IMG/VR virus record: IMGVR_UViG_3300039099_000002
Origin: an uncultured virus (IMG/VR IMGVR_UViG_3300039099_000002)
Taxonomy: Duplodnaviria > Heunggongvirae > Uroviricota > Caudoviricetes
Strand: one strand, 5' to 3'
DNA: 64,000 nucleotides
Part shown: positions 51,834-61,023 of the stretch, piece by piece
How the letters are laid out: the number at the start of each line of letters is the position of its first letter
Numbering within the stretch: the stretch's first letter is position 1
Notes under the pieces: generated by a model
Told to the model about the DNA's origin: nothing
What the model saw: only the letters and a program-made list of their open reading frames with translations
Databases searched by the model: none
Made by a program: the position numbers and the translations under genes

Positions 51834-52650
51834 TTTGTTATTTGTTAAGATAACAATATCTTAACATAATTATTTAAAACTCATTACACTCAAAAACAGA
51901 ATATTTTCTTTTGGTAGCTGAACTTTTCCCAATTATACCCAAGGGGTCGCAAATTTTCTTGAACATAGAAATTTCTACCCCTATAAACAACACTGCAATC
52001 AAATTCTTGTATTGGCATTTTTGCTCACCCGCTTTTCATGTCTTTATTTTACCACAAGCAAAATATTAAGTCAATATTGTTGCAATATTAATTTAGTGTG
52101 ATATAATATTGATGTAGGGAAAAATTAAATTAGGAGAATTACAGTGCTTTGAATAAACATTCTGCGAAAAGTCTTAAACAAACCAAAAAATGTTGCTGTG
52201 GCGACAAATAAAGTTAGTTCTGGTAAACATTTAAAACAATTCAATGACGGCATTGATTTATTTTACCAAAGTGTCAATTGTCCACCAGAAGACACAGCCA
52301 CGAAAGACGGCTGGCTGTGCGCCGAAAGAATATGGAAAATAAAAAACGACTTACTTCTGGATAGTCGTAAAAAATTTAATTTGGTTTAGTGGTAATTGGA
52401 CATTACTCAAATGCCCTAATTAATTTTATAAAACTATGGAAACGGAAACTTTCATTTACCAAGATTATCTAATCGAGTTGTCATATTGCAATATGGCAAT
52501 TTTTACCATTCTAAAGTTTTCAAAGGTGGTAAAAAATATGATTCCTGTCAGTCAGAAGACAAAGAAGATTGTTTGAGACAAGCAAAGAGTATTGTCGAGT
52601 TTTCAATTGAGTGCGATGCAATTAATTGTCAGGAATATTGCCTAAAAAAT

Positions 52651-53259
52651 ATGTCACTACAACTTTCTTTATTTAGTTTAAGCAACGTGGTCGAACACCC
52701 GCATTACATCTACTATCCAGATTTTTTAGATACTAATACGGCAACCAATTTTTTCATGGAGTTTGTTGATTTAGATTGGCGACAAAATCAAATGTACATT
52801 AATCAAAAAATGATTGATGTACCAAGAAAAGAGTGTCTTTATGGTGATACAGATACATCATACAAATACGCAAACATTGAGATGAGAGCAAAGACATGGA
52901 ATCCACCACTTTTATCTTTGCGAAGCAAAATAATGGAGGTATTTGACTACAAATTTAACATCGTGTTTGGCAACCTTTACAACGACGGGAACAGTAGTAT
53001 TGGTTGGCACAGCGATGATGACAGCCGGATGGGTGTAGATCCGGCGATCGCATCAGTTTCTTTTGGTGCTATTCGCAAATTTAGTTTTATGGAAAAAGAG
53101 AGTAGGCAGACTGAAAGTTTGTGGTTAGAACATGGGTCTTTGTTGATTATGAAAGAAGGTTGCCAACGGACACATTTACACTCACTACCGAAAACAAAAA
53201 AGATTATTGGGCAGCGAGTGAATCTGACCTTTAGATCCTTTTGGTGGATTCAGCCATGA
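52651..53259 (+). CDS. AlkB-family 2OG-Fe(II) dioxygenase
   Basis: NLYNDGNSSIGWHSDD, IASVSFGA.R.F, HSLPK and RVNLTFR motifs; probable start ATG 52651. Confidence 0.9.
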   Translation: MSLQLSLFSLSNVVEHPHYIYYPDFLDTNTATNFFMEFVDLDWRQNQMYINQKMIDVPRKECLYGDTDTSYKYANIEMRAKTWNPPLLSLRSKIMEVFDYKFNIVFGNLYNDGNSSIGWHSDDDSRMGVDPAIASVSFGAIRKFSFMEKESRQTESLWLEHGSLLIMKEGCQRTHLHSLPKTKKIIGQRVNLTFRSFWWIQP

Positions 53260-53281
53260 GAGTGTCAATTTGTAAAGTCAG

Positions 53282-53328
53282 ATATTAATGCAATATTGGT
53301 TGACATTAAATTAATATTGCATTAATAT
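53282..53328 (+). promoter_or_regulatory. Promoter TTGACA-N17-TAATAT with paired palindromic operators
   Basis: Boxes at 53282 and 53314. Confidence 0.7.
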
Positions 53329-53361
53329 CTTGAAAGAAGATAACAAAACAAAAACAACAAA

Positions 53362-53829
53362 ATGCGAACAACAATCATCAAGATGTACAACGAACTCACA
53401 CCCTCCTTACAAGGTGTTGTAAGTAAGATTTTAGAGGAAGCCGAGTCTTCATTTGGATCTTCAAACTATTTAACACTTGTAGCCAAAACTTTGATTAAAA
53501 ACTTAGTTGAAACAAACCCAGAAAATACCCTCGTCCAAGGAATATTTGTTTCTTCAATTCCTGACGACATTACAAATGAGGAGCTAGATTGGGAGACAAC
53601 ATTTGCTTATATGAAAAAAAGAAAAAACATTTTTGACGATTTTTGTTTTTCTGTTTTTAAGCCAATTATTGAATATCTCCTTGGCATTAAAATAGAAAAA
53701 AGTTTAAATGAAGACCAGAAAAAAGCTCTTGGCACTGCGATCGCTGTTGCTGCCATTATTCATTTTTCAAATTTAAGAGTTGAGATAAAAGATAAATGGC
53801 ATATTTCCCCACACTTAGAAGAAAAATAA
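53362..53829 (+). CDS. Hypothetical protein
   Basis: ORF after the operator-bearing promoter. Confidence 0.7.
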   Translation: MRTTIIKMYNELTPSLQGVVSKILEEAESSFGSSNYLTLVAKTLIKNLVETNPENTLVQGIFVSSIPDDITNEELDWETTFAYMKKRKNIFDDFCFSVFKPIIEYLLGIKIEKSLNEDQKKALGTAIAVAAIIHFSNLRVEIKDKWHISPHLEEK

Positions 53830-53917
53830 GTACATTATTTTGCCAATAAAGCACTGACAAAAAGTAATATCCTCAAAAAACAGAATTTTTTGAGGATATT
53901 ACTTTTTTATAAAAAAA

Positions 53918-54397
53918 TTATTGCTTGCCAGAAAGCAGCCAAGGGATTAATCTTGGTAATTCTTGGTCTTCGTATATACCTGCTGTATCACTCAGAAGAG
54001 ATGGGCTATAAAGATCAGAAGTAGCAGTAGTAAGACTTTCTATTGCTTCTCTTGAAAAACCTCTTAATGCTGGGATACTGTCAAGCTTTACCAGCAAATC
54101 TTTTGCTCCTGATATTTTTGTACTTGTTTTGTCAAACAGTGGTCGTGCAAATTTTAGTATTTCTCTTTCAAATGGGATTTTTATCCGCTTTGGTTTTTGG
54201 TCTAATTTTAGCTCTGCTTTACCAAAATAATCTTCTCCATATTCATCTGGGTTTAAGTCAACAATCTCTTTAAACCTTGTTACATTTTCGCCAGGGAAAA
54301 CATTTGCAGCTATGTCGTTAACTCCTTTTTCTGTGGTTACAGTAATATACCCATCCTCGTCTGGGTTGTAGTCTTGACTAAAAACATCAGCATTCAT
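53918..54397 (-). CDS. Hypothetical protein, possibly LysM/tail-X-like
   Basis: DIAANVFPG...FKEIVDLNP...IKIP; probable start ATG 54397. Confidence 0.45.
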   Translation of the reverse strand: MNADVFSQDYNPDEDGYITVTTEKGVNDIAANVFPGENVTRFKEIVDLNPDEYGEDYFGKAELKLDQKPKRIKIPFEREILKFARPLFDKTSTKISGAKDLLVKLDSIPALRGFSREAIESLTTATSDLYSPSLLSDTAGIYEDQELPRLIPWLLSGKQ

Positions 54398-54468
54398 AAT
54401 TAATCTCGTGATAAATCTTACTAATATCAATTATAATTTTGTTTTAGTCCTTGTATTAGAAAAATAAG

Positions 54469-55887
54469 ATGCAAAAAATTACAAACATTGAGTATGGCGT
54501 AAAAATACCAGTCAATAAAGTTCACCCAAATCCTTGGAATCCAAACGAAACGACCGACAGGCAACAAGAGGCAATTCAAGAATCGCTTGATGACTTTGGG
54601 CAGGTTCTTGAAGTCTTGGTCCGTCCACACCCCACTATTAATGATGCTTATCAAATAATTGATGGGGAGCATCGTTATATGGAAATGTCTCAAGATGGCG
54701 TTATTGTCGCCAATATTTTATACGGCATAAGCGACATAGATGCCAAAAGGCTGACAATTGTGATGAACCAAACGAGGGGTAAACCAGACAAAGAAAAGGA
54801 GGCTGTGCTTTTAGCTGAAATTAAAAACATCCAGCCAGAAACCTTTGGTAACGCGCTACCTTACACGCCAGACGAACTTGATGAACTAATAGCGATCGCG
54901 TCCAAAAACCCAGATAGTGTCAACTATAAAAATGATGACGACAATAGCGAAGGAGATGGAGATGGCGACGGGAATGGCGAAGGAGATGGAGATGGCGATG
55001 AAGATGAAGCACCTGCGGCAGATGCTGTTCAAATTAGGGTCAAGCTTGGCGATTTGGTTCTTATGGGTGAACACAGATTAGTCTGCGGTGACTGTACAAA
55101 CAGAAAAAATATCGCTCTTTTGATGAATGGGAATAAGGCCGCAATGTGTTTTACAGATCCACCATACAACGTTGATTATGACCCAGAATCTCGTGGTGGA
55201 GAATTAACAGAAAGACAAATAAATGCTCCGCTTGGGAAAATCAAAAACGACAGTATGTCGGATGTAGAATTTCGCAAATTCTTAGATAAAGTCTACGCAT
55301 CTATAGACAGATGTATGATTGAAGGAGGACCAATATATATATGTCATGCAGACACTATGGGTCATCATTTTAGGAATGCTTTTGTTGCCCAACCCTGGAA
55401 ATTGCAATCATGCTTAATTTGGATGAAAACATCTATGATTATGGGACGCGCTGACTATCAGTGGAAACACGAGCCGATACTTTATGGATGGAAAGAAGGT
55501 GCAGCGCATATATGGCACGGAGACAGAAAACAGACAACTATTGTTGAATGTGCAACAACTCATTTAGATAAGAAAAATTGTGACACCGATGGATATGTGC
55601 ATCCAACACAAAAGCCAACACCACTGGTTAAATATTTCCTAGAAAATTCTAGTCAGATAGGCGATTTAGTTCTTGATTTGTTTGGCGGAAGCGGGACAAC
55701 ACTAATTGCTTGCGATGAGCTTAATAGAGTTTGCTACACGACAGAATTGGACGAGCGTTTCGCCAATGTTATCGCCACCAGATGGGAAAATTTCAACGGA
55801 GGAAAAATCAAAATTATTAGAGATGGTGTTGATATTGGTGACGGTTCTACATCAGAAGAAATATCTGAGGATCAAGTGGGATTTTAG
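54469..55887 (+). CDS. ParB-like N-terminal domain fused to an N6/N4 DNA methyltransferase
   Basis: PNPWNPN...IIDGEHR; HRLVCGD, FTDPPYN, HPTQKP and LDLFGGSGTT motifs. Confidence 0.92.
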   Translation: MQKITNIEYGVKIPVNKVHPNPWNPNETTDRQQEAIQESLDDFGQVLEVLVRPHPTINDAYQIIDGEHRYMEMSQDGVIVANILYGISDIDAKRLTIVMNQTRGKPDKEKEAVLLAEIKNIQPETFGNALPYTPDELDELIAIASKNPDSVNYKNDDDNSEGDGDGDGNGEGDGDGDEDEAPAADAVQIRVKLGDLVLMGEHRLVCGDCTNRKNIALLMNGNKAAMCFTDPPYNVDYDPESRGGELTERQINAPLGKIKNDSMSDVEFRKFLDKVYASIDRCMIEGGPIYICHADTMGHHFRNAFVAQPWKLQSCLIWMKTSMIMGRADYQWKHEPILYGWKEGAAHIWHGDRKQTTIVECATTHLDKKNCDTDGYVHPTQKPTPLVKYFLENSSQIGDLVLDLFGGSGTTLIACDELNRVCYTTELDERFANVIATRWENFNGGKIKIIRDGVDIGDGSTSEEISEDQVGF

Positions 55888-55971
55888 AGTTTTGTTGTCT
55901 AAAATTAAATATTTGACAAAAAATATATTATACTTTTAACTTGGATGTATAGTATATTTTTTCTTTTTAAA

Positions 55972-56754
55972 ATGTCCACAAAACCAAATAAAGAAGTATC
56001 ATTTGCTGCTATTGAGTCTGTATGCCCAAGGATGAAAGAGGAAAGCTTGAGGGCATACATAGCTTTTACGGATTACATTTATTACAATTGCAACAACTCT
56101 GAGTTGCAAAGAATTTATGCCAACACAAAACCTGGCGAATCTTTGCCACCAACAAAAGCTATGTCAACAATTCAGACATGGAGTTTAAAATTTAATTGGC
56201 AAAAAAGAAAAGAAGAATGGCTAAGGCATAAGCTCAATCAACGCGAAGAAGCGATGTTGCTACATTGGGAAGAACACAGGGACAGGATTTTAAACAGTAG
56301 CAGAACTTTACTTGATAAAGCCGAGCAAATGCTAAAACAGCCAATTGTTCGGTCCACGGCCGAACAAGACGGCAAAACAATAATTATAGAACCTTCTAGA
56401 TGGGGGTTTAGAGATGCAGCAACTTTTATGGAAGTTTCTACAAAGTTAACTAGGGAGGCTGTCGGTGACGACATTTGGGCTAAAGACTTGTTGCGACGTA
56501 AAGGGTATCATGTGTTTGAGCCTGGAATGGGCGACATTGCTATCGCTCTCAATTCTTTAGTCGCTGCAAAGATAATTCCATACGAAATAGTGCCAAGAAT
56601 TATAAATGCCATCAAAGAATCGGAGATGGCGATGTCAGAAAAAATACAAAATGCTTTTAATATGGTTATAGAAGACGAGTATTACAAAGAGGTGGGTGTA
56701 GCTCCTGATGTTGATAACGATGAAGAATCTGACAGCACAGTAGATGTTGATTAA
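55972..56754 (+). CDS. Possible terminase small subunit
   Basis: EES..AY.AF..Y...WS.KFNW..R pattern; lies after the ParB-methyltransferase gene. Confidence 0.45.
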   Translation: MSTKPNKEVSFAAIESVCPRMKEESLRAYIAFTDYIYYNCNNSELQRIYANTKPGESLPPTKAMSTIQTWSLKFNWQKRKEEWLRHKLNQREEAMLLHWEEHRDRILNSSRTLLDKAEQMLKQPIVRSTAEQDGKTIIIEPSRWGFRDAATFMEVSTKLTREAVGDDIWAKDLLRRKGYHVFEPGMGDIAIALNSLVAAKIIPYEIVPRIINAIKESEMAMSEKIQNAFNMVIEDEYYKEVGVAPDVDNDEESDSTVDVD

Positions 56755-56865
56755 GCCCCGGTAACTGAAAATCGCCGCTACACAAACAAATTCCGCCCGC
56801 GCAGACTAACCAAAAATCAAGAATTTGATTTTGTCTGTGTAGACGGGATTTCTAACCACCAGTTT
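56753..56865. repeat. Cyanobacterial REP/MITE-like palindromic remnant
   Basis: ctacacaaacaaa...tttgtctgtgtag imperfect inverted repeat. Confidence 0.45.
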
Positions 56866-56899
56866 AACTTGTATAATCAACCGATTTATTCATTTTTAA

Positions 56900-57241
56900 T
56901 TATGGGTTTTGGGCTGGTGTCTTTTTTTCTTTCAGTTTTTCTACTTCCTCTTGTAAAAGTCGGTAGCGATTTTCTACGGTGTTTTCTTCCTTTTCTGGTT
57001 TAGTTCTAGGGACTCTACCAATTTCCATTTCCCGTTTTTCTAACCAGACTGCATTTCTAACTTTTTCATAGTCAAGATACCACTCACGGATAGCTTCTGC
57101 AACTACTTCCGAAGGTTCAGTTTCTATACCAGCGATAGTTTTTTGTAATTCTGTGATAGCATCTAAAGAAACGTCCGAAAAAACATAATCTTGGTTTCTC
57201 ACGACTTCGGTAAATGCTTGGATAATTTGATTAGCTTCCAT
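56900..57241 (-). CDS. Hypothetical protein, cyanobacterial host-like, under the element G outward promoter
   Basis: 113-aa ORF without the AC-rich phage leader; followed by a host-type repeat. Confidence 0.6.
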   Translation of the reverse strand: MEANQIIQAFTEVVRNQDYVFSDVSLDAITELQKTIAGIETEPSEVVAEAIREWYLDYEKVRNAVWLEKREMEIGRVPRTKPEKEENTVENRYRLLQEEVEKLKEKKTPAQNP

Positions 57242-57279
57242 AGGTTTAGTTTGTGAATTGATTAATCTTTACTAAATAT

Positions 57280-57740
57280 ATAATACTATGGCTAACACAT
57301 AAAGTCAAGCGCATTTTTAATTTATTTTCATATTACAGGCGTATTACAAGAATTTTGGATACAGGCGTGTGCTTGCACAATATATTGATCAAAATCAAAA
57401 ATAAAATTGGGAAGATGATCACTTTCTTATAGGAAACTGCCCTTTTTTCTTTGCATCTTCCCTTTACTTTTGGTACGCCTTATGTTATACTCCGCTTCAG
57501 TTTTTTCAACGAGAGAATGTGGGTTTGAGGCGTGTTACAAGATTGGGATTTTATCGGCGTTAGTCTAGGTTGTGGACAAATGTTTGTTTGGTGGTTTTGG
57601 GGACGGCTGCGGGGAGCGATCGCTAAAAACACAAAACCCTTGCTGTGCGGATATTGCAATATGTTTTTTGTCGCCAAGGTTGGGCAGACTTTAGATTTTT
57701 TAGCCGACGGTACGGGCGTTGACGGGATGCTGGTACAAAT
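57280..57740 (+). repeat. Dispersed element copy G: promoter, head and one 159-bp unit ending at GTACAAAT
   Basis: acaaat at 57576 and 57735. Confidence 0.95.
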
Positions 57741-58438
57741 ATGAAAGTGGCACTGGAGCAAAGGATAATGGAACAAATTATTTCGTTTTAGCTAGTATTG
57801 CTATCTATGAAAAAGATTACTCAAAAAATTATGAAGAAATTTCCGCGCTCAAACGAAGTATTGTTAAAACAAAATAACCTGAAGATTGGGAGTTAAAAGG
57901 TAACGAACTTTGTAAAGGGAAGGAAATCTTTAAAGACTGAAACTTTGAAGCTCGTGTTCGTACATTTGTAACTATATCAGAAACTTTGAATAAAATCCCA
58001 TGCCATATATCTTCTATTATAGTCAATAAAAAATTACTATATGAAAATAGAGAATTGTTGAAAGATGATATTACACTTTACCGTTTTACCTTCTACCGTT
58101 TATTAAAAGAATTAGATAGTTTTCTGAAATCCTCCAATGAAAGTGGAATTTTATTTTTGGACTCACGTTCAACACACAGTACAGGTAGACAACATGATCG
58201 TTTGGTCAGGGCTTACAGAGAGTGGGTAAAATCACGAAAACATGATTGTAATTTTGTAGAACAGCCCTGGTTAGGTGCTTCACAATTTTATGTAGGTCTA
58301 CAATTAGCAGATTACGTTGCTTACTTGATTAGTTTGAAGACACAAAATATGCAAAAAGATGATCGTAATTTTGGATTTTTAGAAGCTTTCGATATTTTAA
58401 AGGATAAAATTCATTTAGTTGAAATTCCTGAAAACTAG
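57741..58438 (+). pseudogene. DUF3800-family gene, 5'-truncated, with two in-frame stops
   Basis: Reads (D)ESGTG...YFVLAS...K*PEDWELKG...D*NF...LFLD...GLQLADYVAY. Confidence 0.75.
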
Positions 58439-58593
58439 AACATTTAATGGCGAACCCACGACTGCATTAGCCGTGGGTTCATCCCTTGATAGACGATTAC
58501 AAGACCGTCTCGACCCAATTAGGGGCGTTAATTAGATAAAAATAGAAAATTTGTCCGTTTTCTTGTCTGTTGTTTTGTCAAGTAAGCGTTTTG

Positions 58594-58655
58594 ACAGGCG
58601 CACGGCGTTTCAACCGCACCATACCTTCCCGTGCAGTTCGGGATACCTTGTCAGA
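58594..58655 (-). ncRNA. Candidate small structured RNA associated with the DUF3800 gene
   Basis: GC-rich segment closed by gacaagg/cctgtc, preceded on the minus strand by TGcTATTAT. Confidence 0.35.
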
Positions 58656-58724
58656 GTCTATATTTATAATAGCATAATTTTTTATTTTTTGTATATTTTT
58701 TTTGTATATCTATCAATTTATATC

Positions 58725-59680
58725 CTAAACCATAGACTTTTTGACTAGCGTTTGTAAACTGACAGGAAGACTGAGGATATTTAAACTTAATTGTTGCCAA
58801 GAAGATTTAGTAAATTCAATATTTCTTTTACCAATTCTTTGACATACCCATTCTACACAAGCAGAAACAATTGCATTACCAAATATAAAGCATATTGATC
58901 GTAAATTCTCGCTATTCGACACCAATCATCAGGAAAACCCATCAATCTAGCATATTCAATATTAGTTAAACGCCGAAATTTATCACCTATTTGATAACGT
59001 TCATAATGTCTTGAGGTCGAAGCAGTTAATGTTGATGCAATTCCATTAACTCCAAATATTGTATAACCTAATCTTGCGCCTCCATCTTGATTATATAATA
59101 ATTCTACACCATGACAATAACGATGTACAGCTTTACTTTGCTTAATTCTTTCTAAGGTATCAGATGTAAAATCAAATTGAGTATCTACCATTAAATCATC
59201 TTGGAGAATATCTTTTAATTTTTGTCTAGGTTTGATATCCGGTAAGGTAGAAAGATTCAAAGTTAACATTTTATTTTTATAAGCAATTCCCCAATTGTAA
59301 TTCTTACCTTTATTTTCAACTATAGGCATCATATCTTTTTCTAGTAACTCTTCTATATTTTCTAAATCAGTTAAATCTGGTTAAGTTAAGAAAACTGATG
59401 TATTTTGTAAAAGTTGAGAATTTATATGCACTGAATTTAACTTAGTCCCAAAAATAAAAATCCTGTCTCTATTTTGAGGAATACCAAAGCTAATAGGACT
59501 AATAATTCTCCATTCTATAAAATAATCTAATTCTGACAGTGCATTTAAAATCACTCGAAAATGATAGCCATTTTCCATTGTTAAAAGTCTTTTGACATTT
59601 TCTAAGAAAAAATATTTCGGTTGTTTTTTATCTATTATTTCTACAATACGCTCAAATAAATTTCCTCTCACACAATCTCT
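58725..59680 (-). pseudogene. C5 cytosine methyltransferase (Dcm-type) pseudogene, 5'-truncated
   Basis: RGNLF, FLENVK, PQNRDRIFI, RRLT.IEYARLMGFPDDW and FGNAI motifs; stop at 59381-59383, frameshift near 58885; motifs I-IV missing. Confidence 0.88.
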
Positions 59681-59683
59681 CAC

Positions 59684-60253
59684 ACAAATGTTTGTTTGGT
59701 GGTTTTGGGGACGGCTGCGGGGAGCGATCGCTAAAAACACAAAACTCTTACTGTGCGGGGATTGCAATATGTTTTTTGTCGCCAAGGCTGGACAGATTTT
59801 AGGTTTTTAAGCTGGTAACACGGGCGTTGTTAGGGTGTTGGTGCAAATGTTTGGTTTATGACTTTGAGAGCGGCTGCGGGGGAAATATTACCAAAAGCTG
59901 AAACTCTTACTGTGCGGGGATTGCAATATGTTTTTTGTCGCCAAGGCTGGACAGATTTTAGGTTTTTAAGCTGGTAACACGGGCGTTGTTAGGGTGTTGG
60001 TGCAAATGTTTGGTTTATGACTTTGAGAGCGGCTGCGGGGGAAATATTACCAAAAGCTGAAACTCTTACTGTGCGGGGATTGCAATATGTTTTTTGTCGC
60101 CAAGGCTGGACAGATTTTAGGTTTTTAAGCCGGTGGCACGGGCGTTGTTAGGGTGCTGGGGCAAGTGTCTGTTTTGCGGTTTTGGGTCGGCTGTGGGGTA
60201 GCGATCGCAAAAACACAAAACCCTTGCTATATGGGGATTGCAATATGTTTTTG
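59684..60253 (+). repeat. Array block H, continuation of G: about 3.6 units with a 159-bp period
   Basis: aaactcttactgtgcgggg at 59742, 59901 and 60060; long identical stretches. Confidence 0.95.
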
Positions 60254-60291
60254 CCGCTAAAAAATTCCAACGAACACAATTTTTGGCAACA

Positions 60292-60340
60292 AACAATAAT
60301 CCCGCTTCATGATGCAATATCATGAAGCGGGATTATTGTT
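60292..60340. terminator. Long palindrome after array H
   Basis: aacaataatcccgcttcatgat / atcatgaagcgggattattgtt. Confidence 0.7.
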
Positions 60341-60416
60341 TCCGATTTTTCTAGATTAAATATGGGAGAGGTTGTGAGCGATCGCCAGCAGTCAAGACAC
60401 GCTCACAAACAGCTTA

Positions 60417-60740
60417 CTACACTTCGTCAAACTCTATAATTCTTTTGCTGTGATTGTATCTTCCCGTGTATCCTGTGTAAGGTTTAGACCTTATAACTCC
60501 AAACTCTACAATTGTTATATTGCGAAGTTCAAAAGCACCAAGAGACTTGATAAATCCTCTGATTTTTGTAATGTTTGGTGATTCAAGCGATATATACAGT
60601 TCTAGAAATAGGTCTTTTTGTTGTTCGGTGTAATTATCCCACCATGAATCAGCGACAGCGAGGAATTTATTATTTTTTCTTTCCTTGCATATAAACATTC
60701 TTTCGTATTGCGGCTGCTCAGTTTTTGTTTGCGTTTTCAT
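60417..60740 (-). CDS. Hypothetical protein
   Basis: ATG 60740 follows promoter 60772-60800. Confidence 0.65.
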   Translation of the reverse strand: MKTQTKTEQPQYERMFICKERKNNKFLAVADSWWDNYTEQQKDLFLELYISLESPNITKIRGFIKSLGAFELRNITIVEFGVIRSKPYTGYTGRYNHSKRIIEFDEV

Positions 60741-61023
60741 TGTTTTTTTGTGCTTGTTTTTCTGTATGTCAATAATACTATGGCTAACAAAATAAGTCAA
60801 GCCCTATTTTTAAGCTGTATTCCCACTGGAAAAAAGCTTTTTATTGATGTAGGCAATTCAATTTGGGGCAGAAATAAGCAACTAAAATCTTTATAAATTG
60901 ATAATTTACTTTATGTTGAGATGGAATTATCAATCTGTAGGCTAAAAATAATTGTTTTGCTTGCATATTATATATAACTATGGTATAATAGTTATAACAA
61001 AAAACACCATATCTATTTTAAAG

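Noticed and set aside
54945..55005. GGAGATGGAGATGGCGA repeat
   Set aside because: Low-complexity Gly-Asp linker inside the ParB-methyltransferase gene
59381..59785. Functional methyltransferase ORF as given in the track
   Set aside because: Its first ~33 residues are translated repeat DNA, the catalytic PC motif is missing, and a stop and a frameshift follow
4214..60323. ORFs inside the repeat elements (4214-4528, 10724-11038, 15578-15775, 17392-17794, 47680-47874, 57480-57776, 59592-59810, 60117-60323)
   Set aside because: Frames, starts and stops differ between near-identical copies, and indels are not multiples of three, so these are chance ORFs
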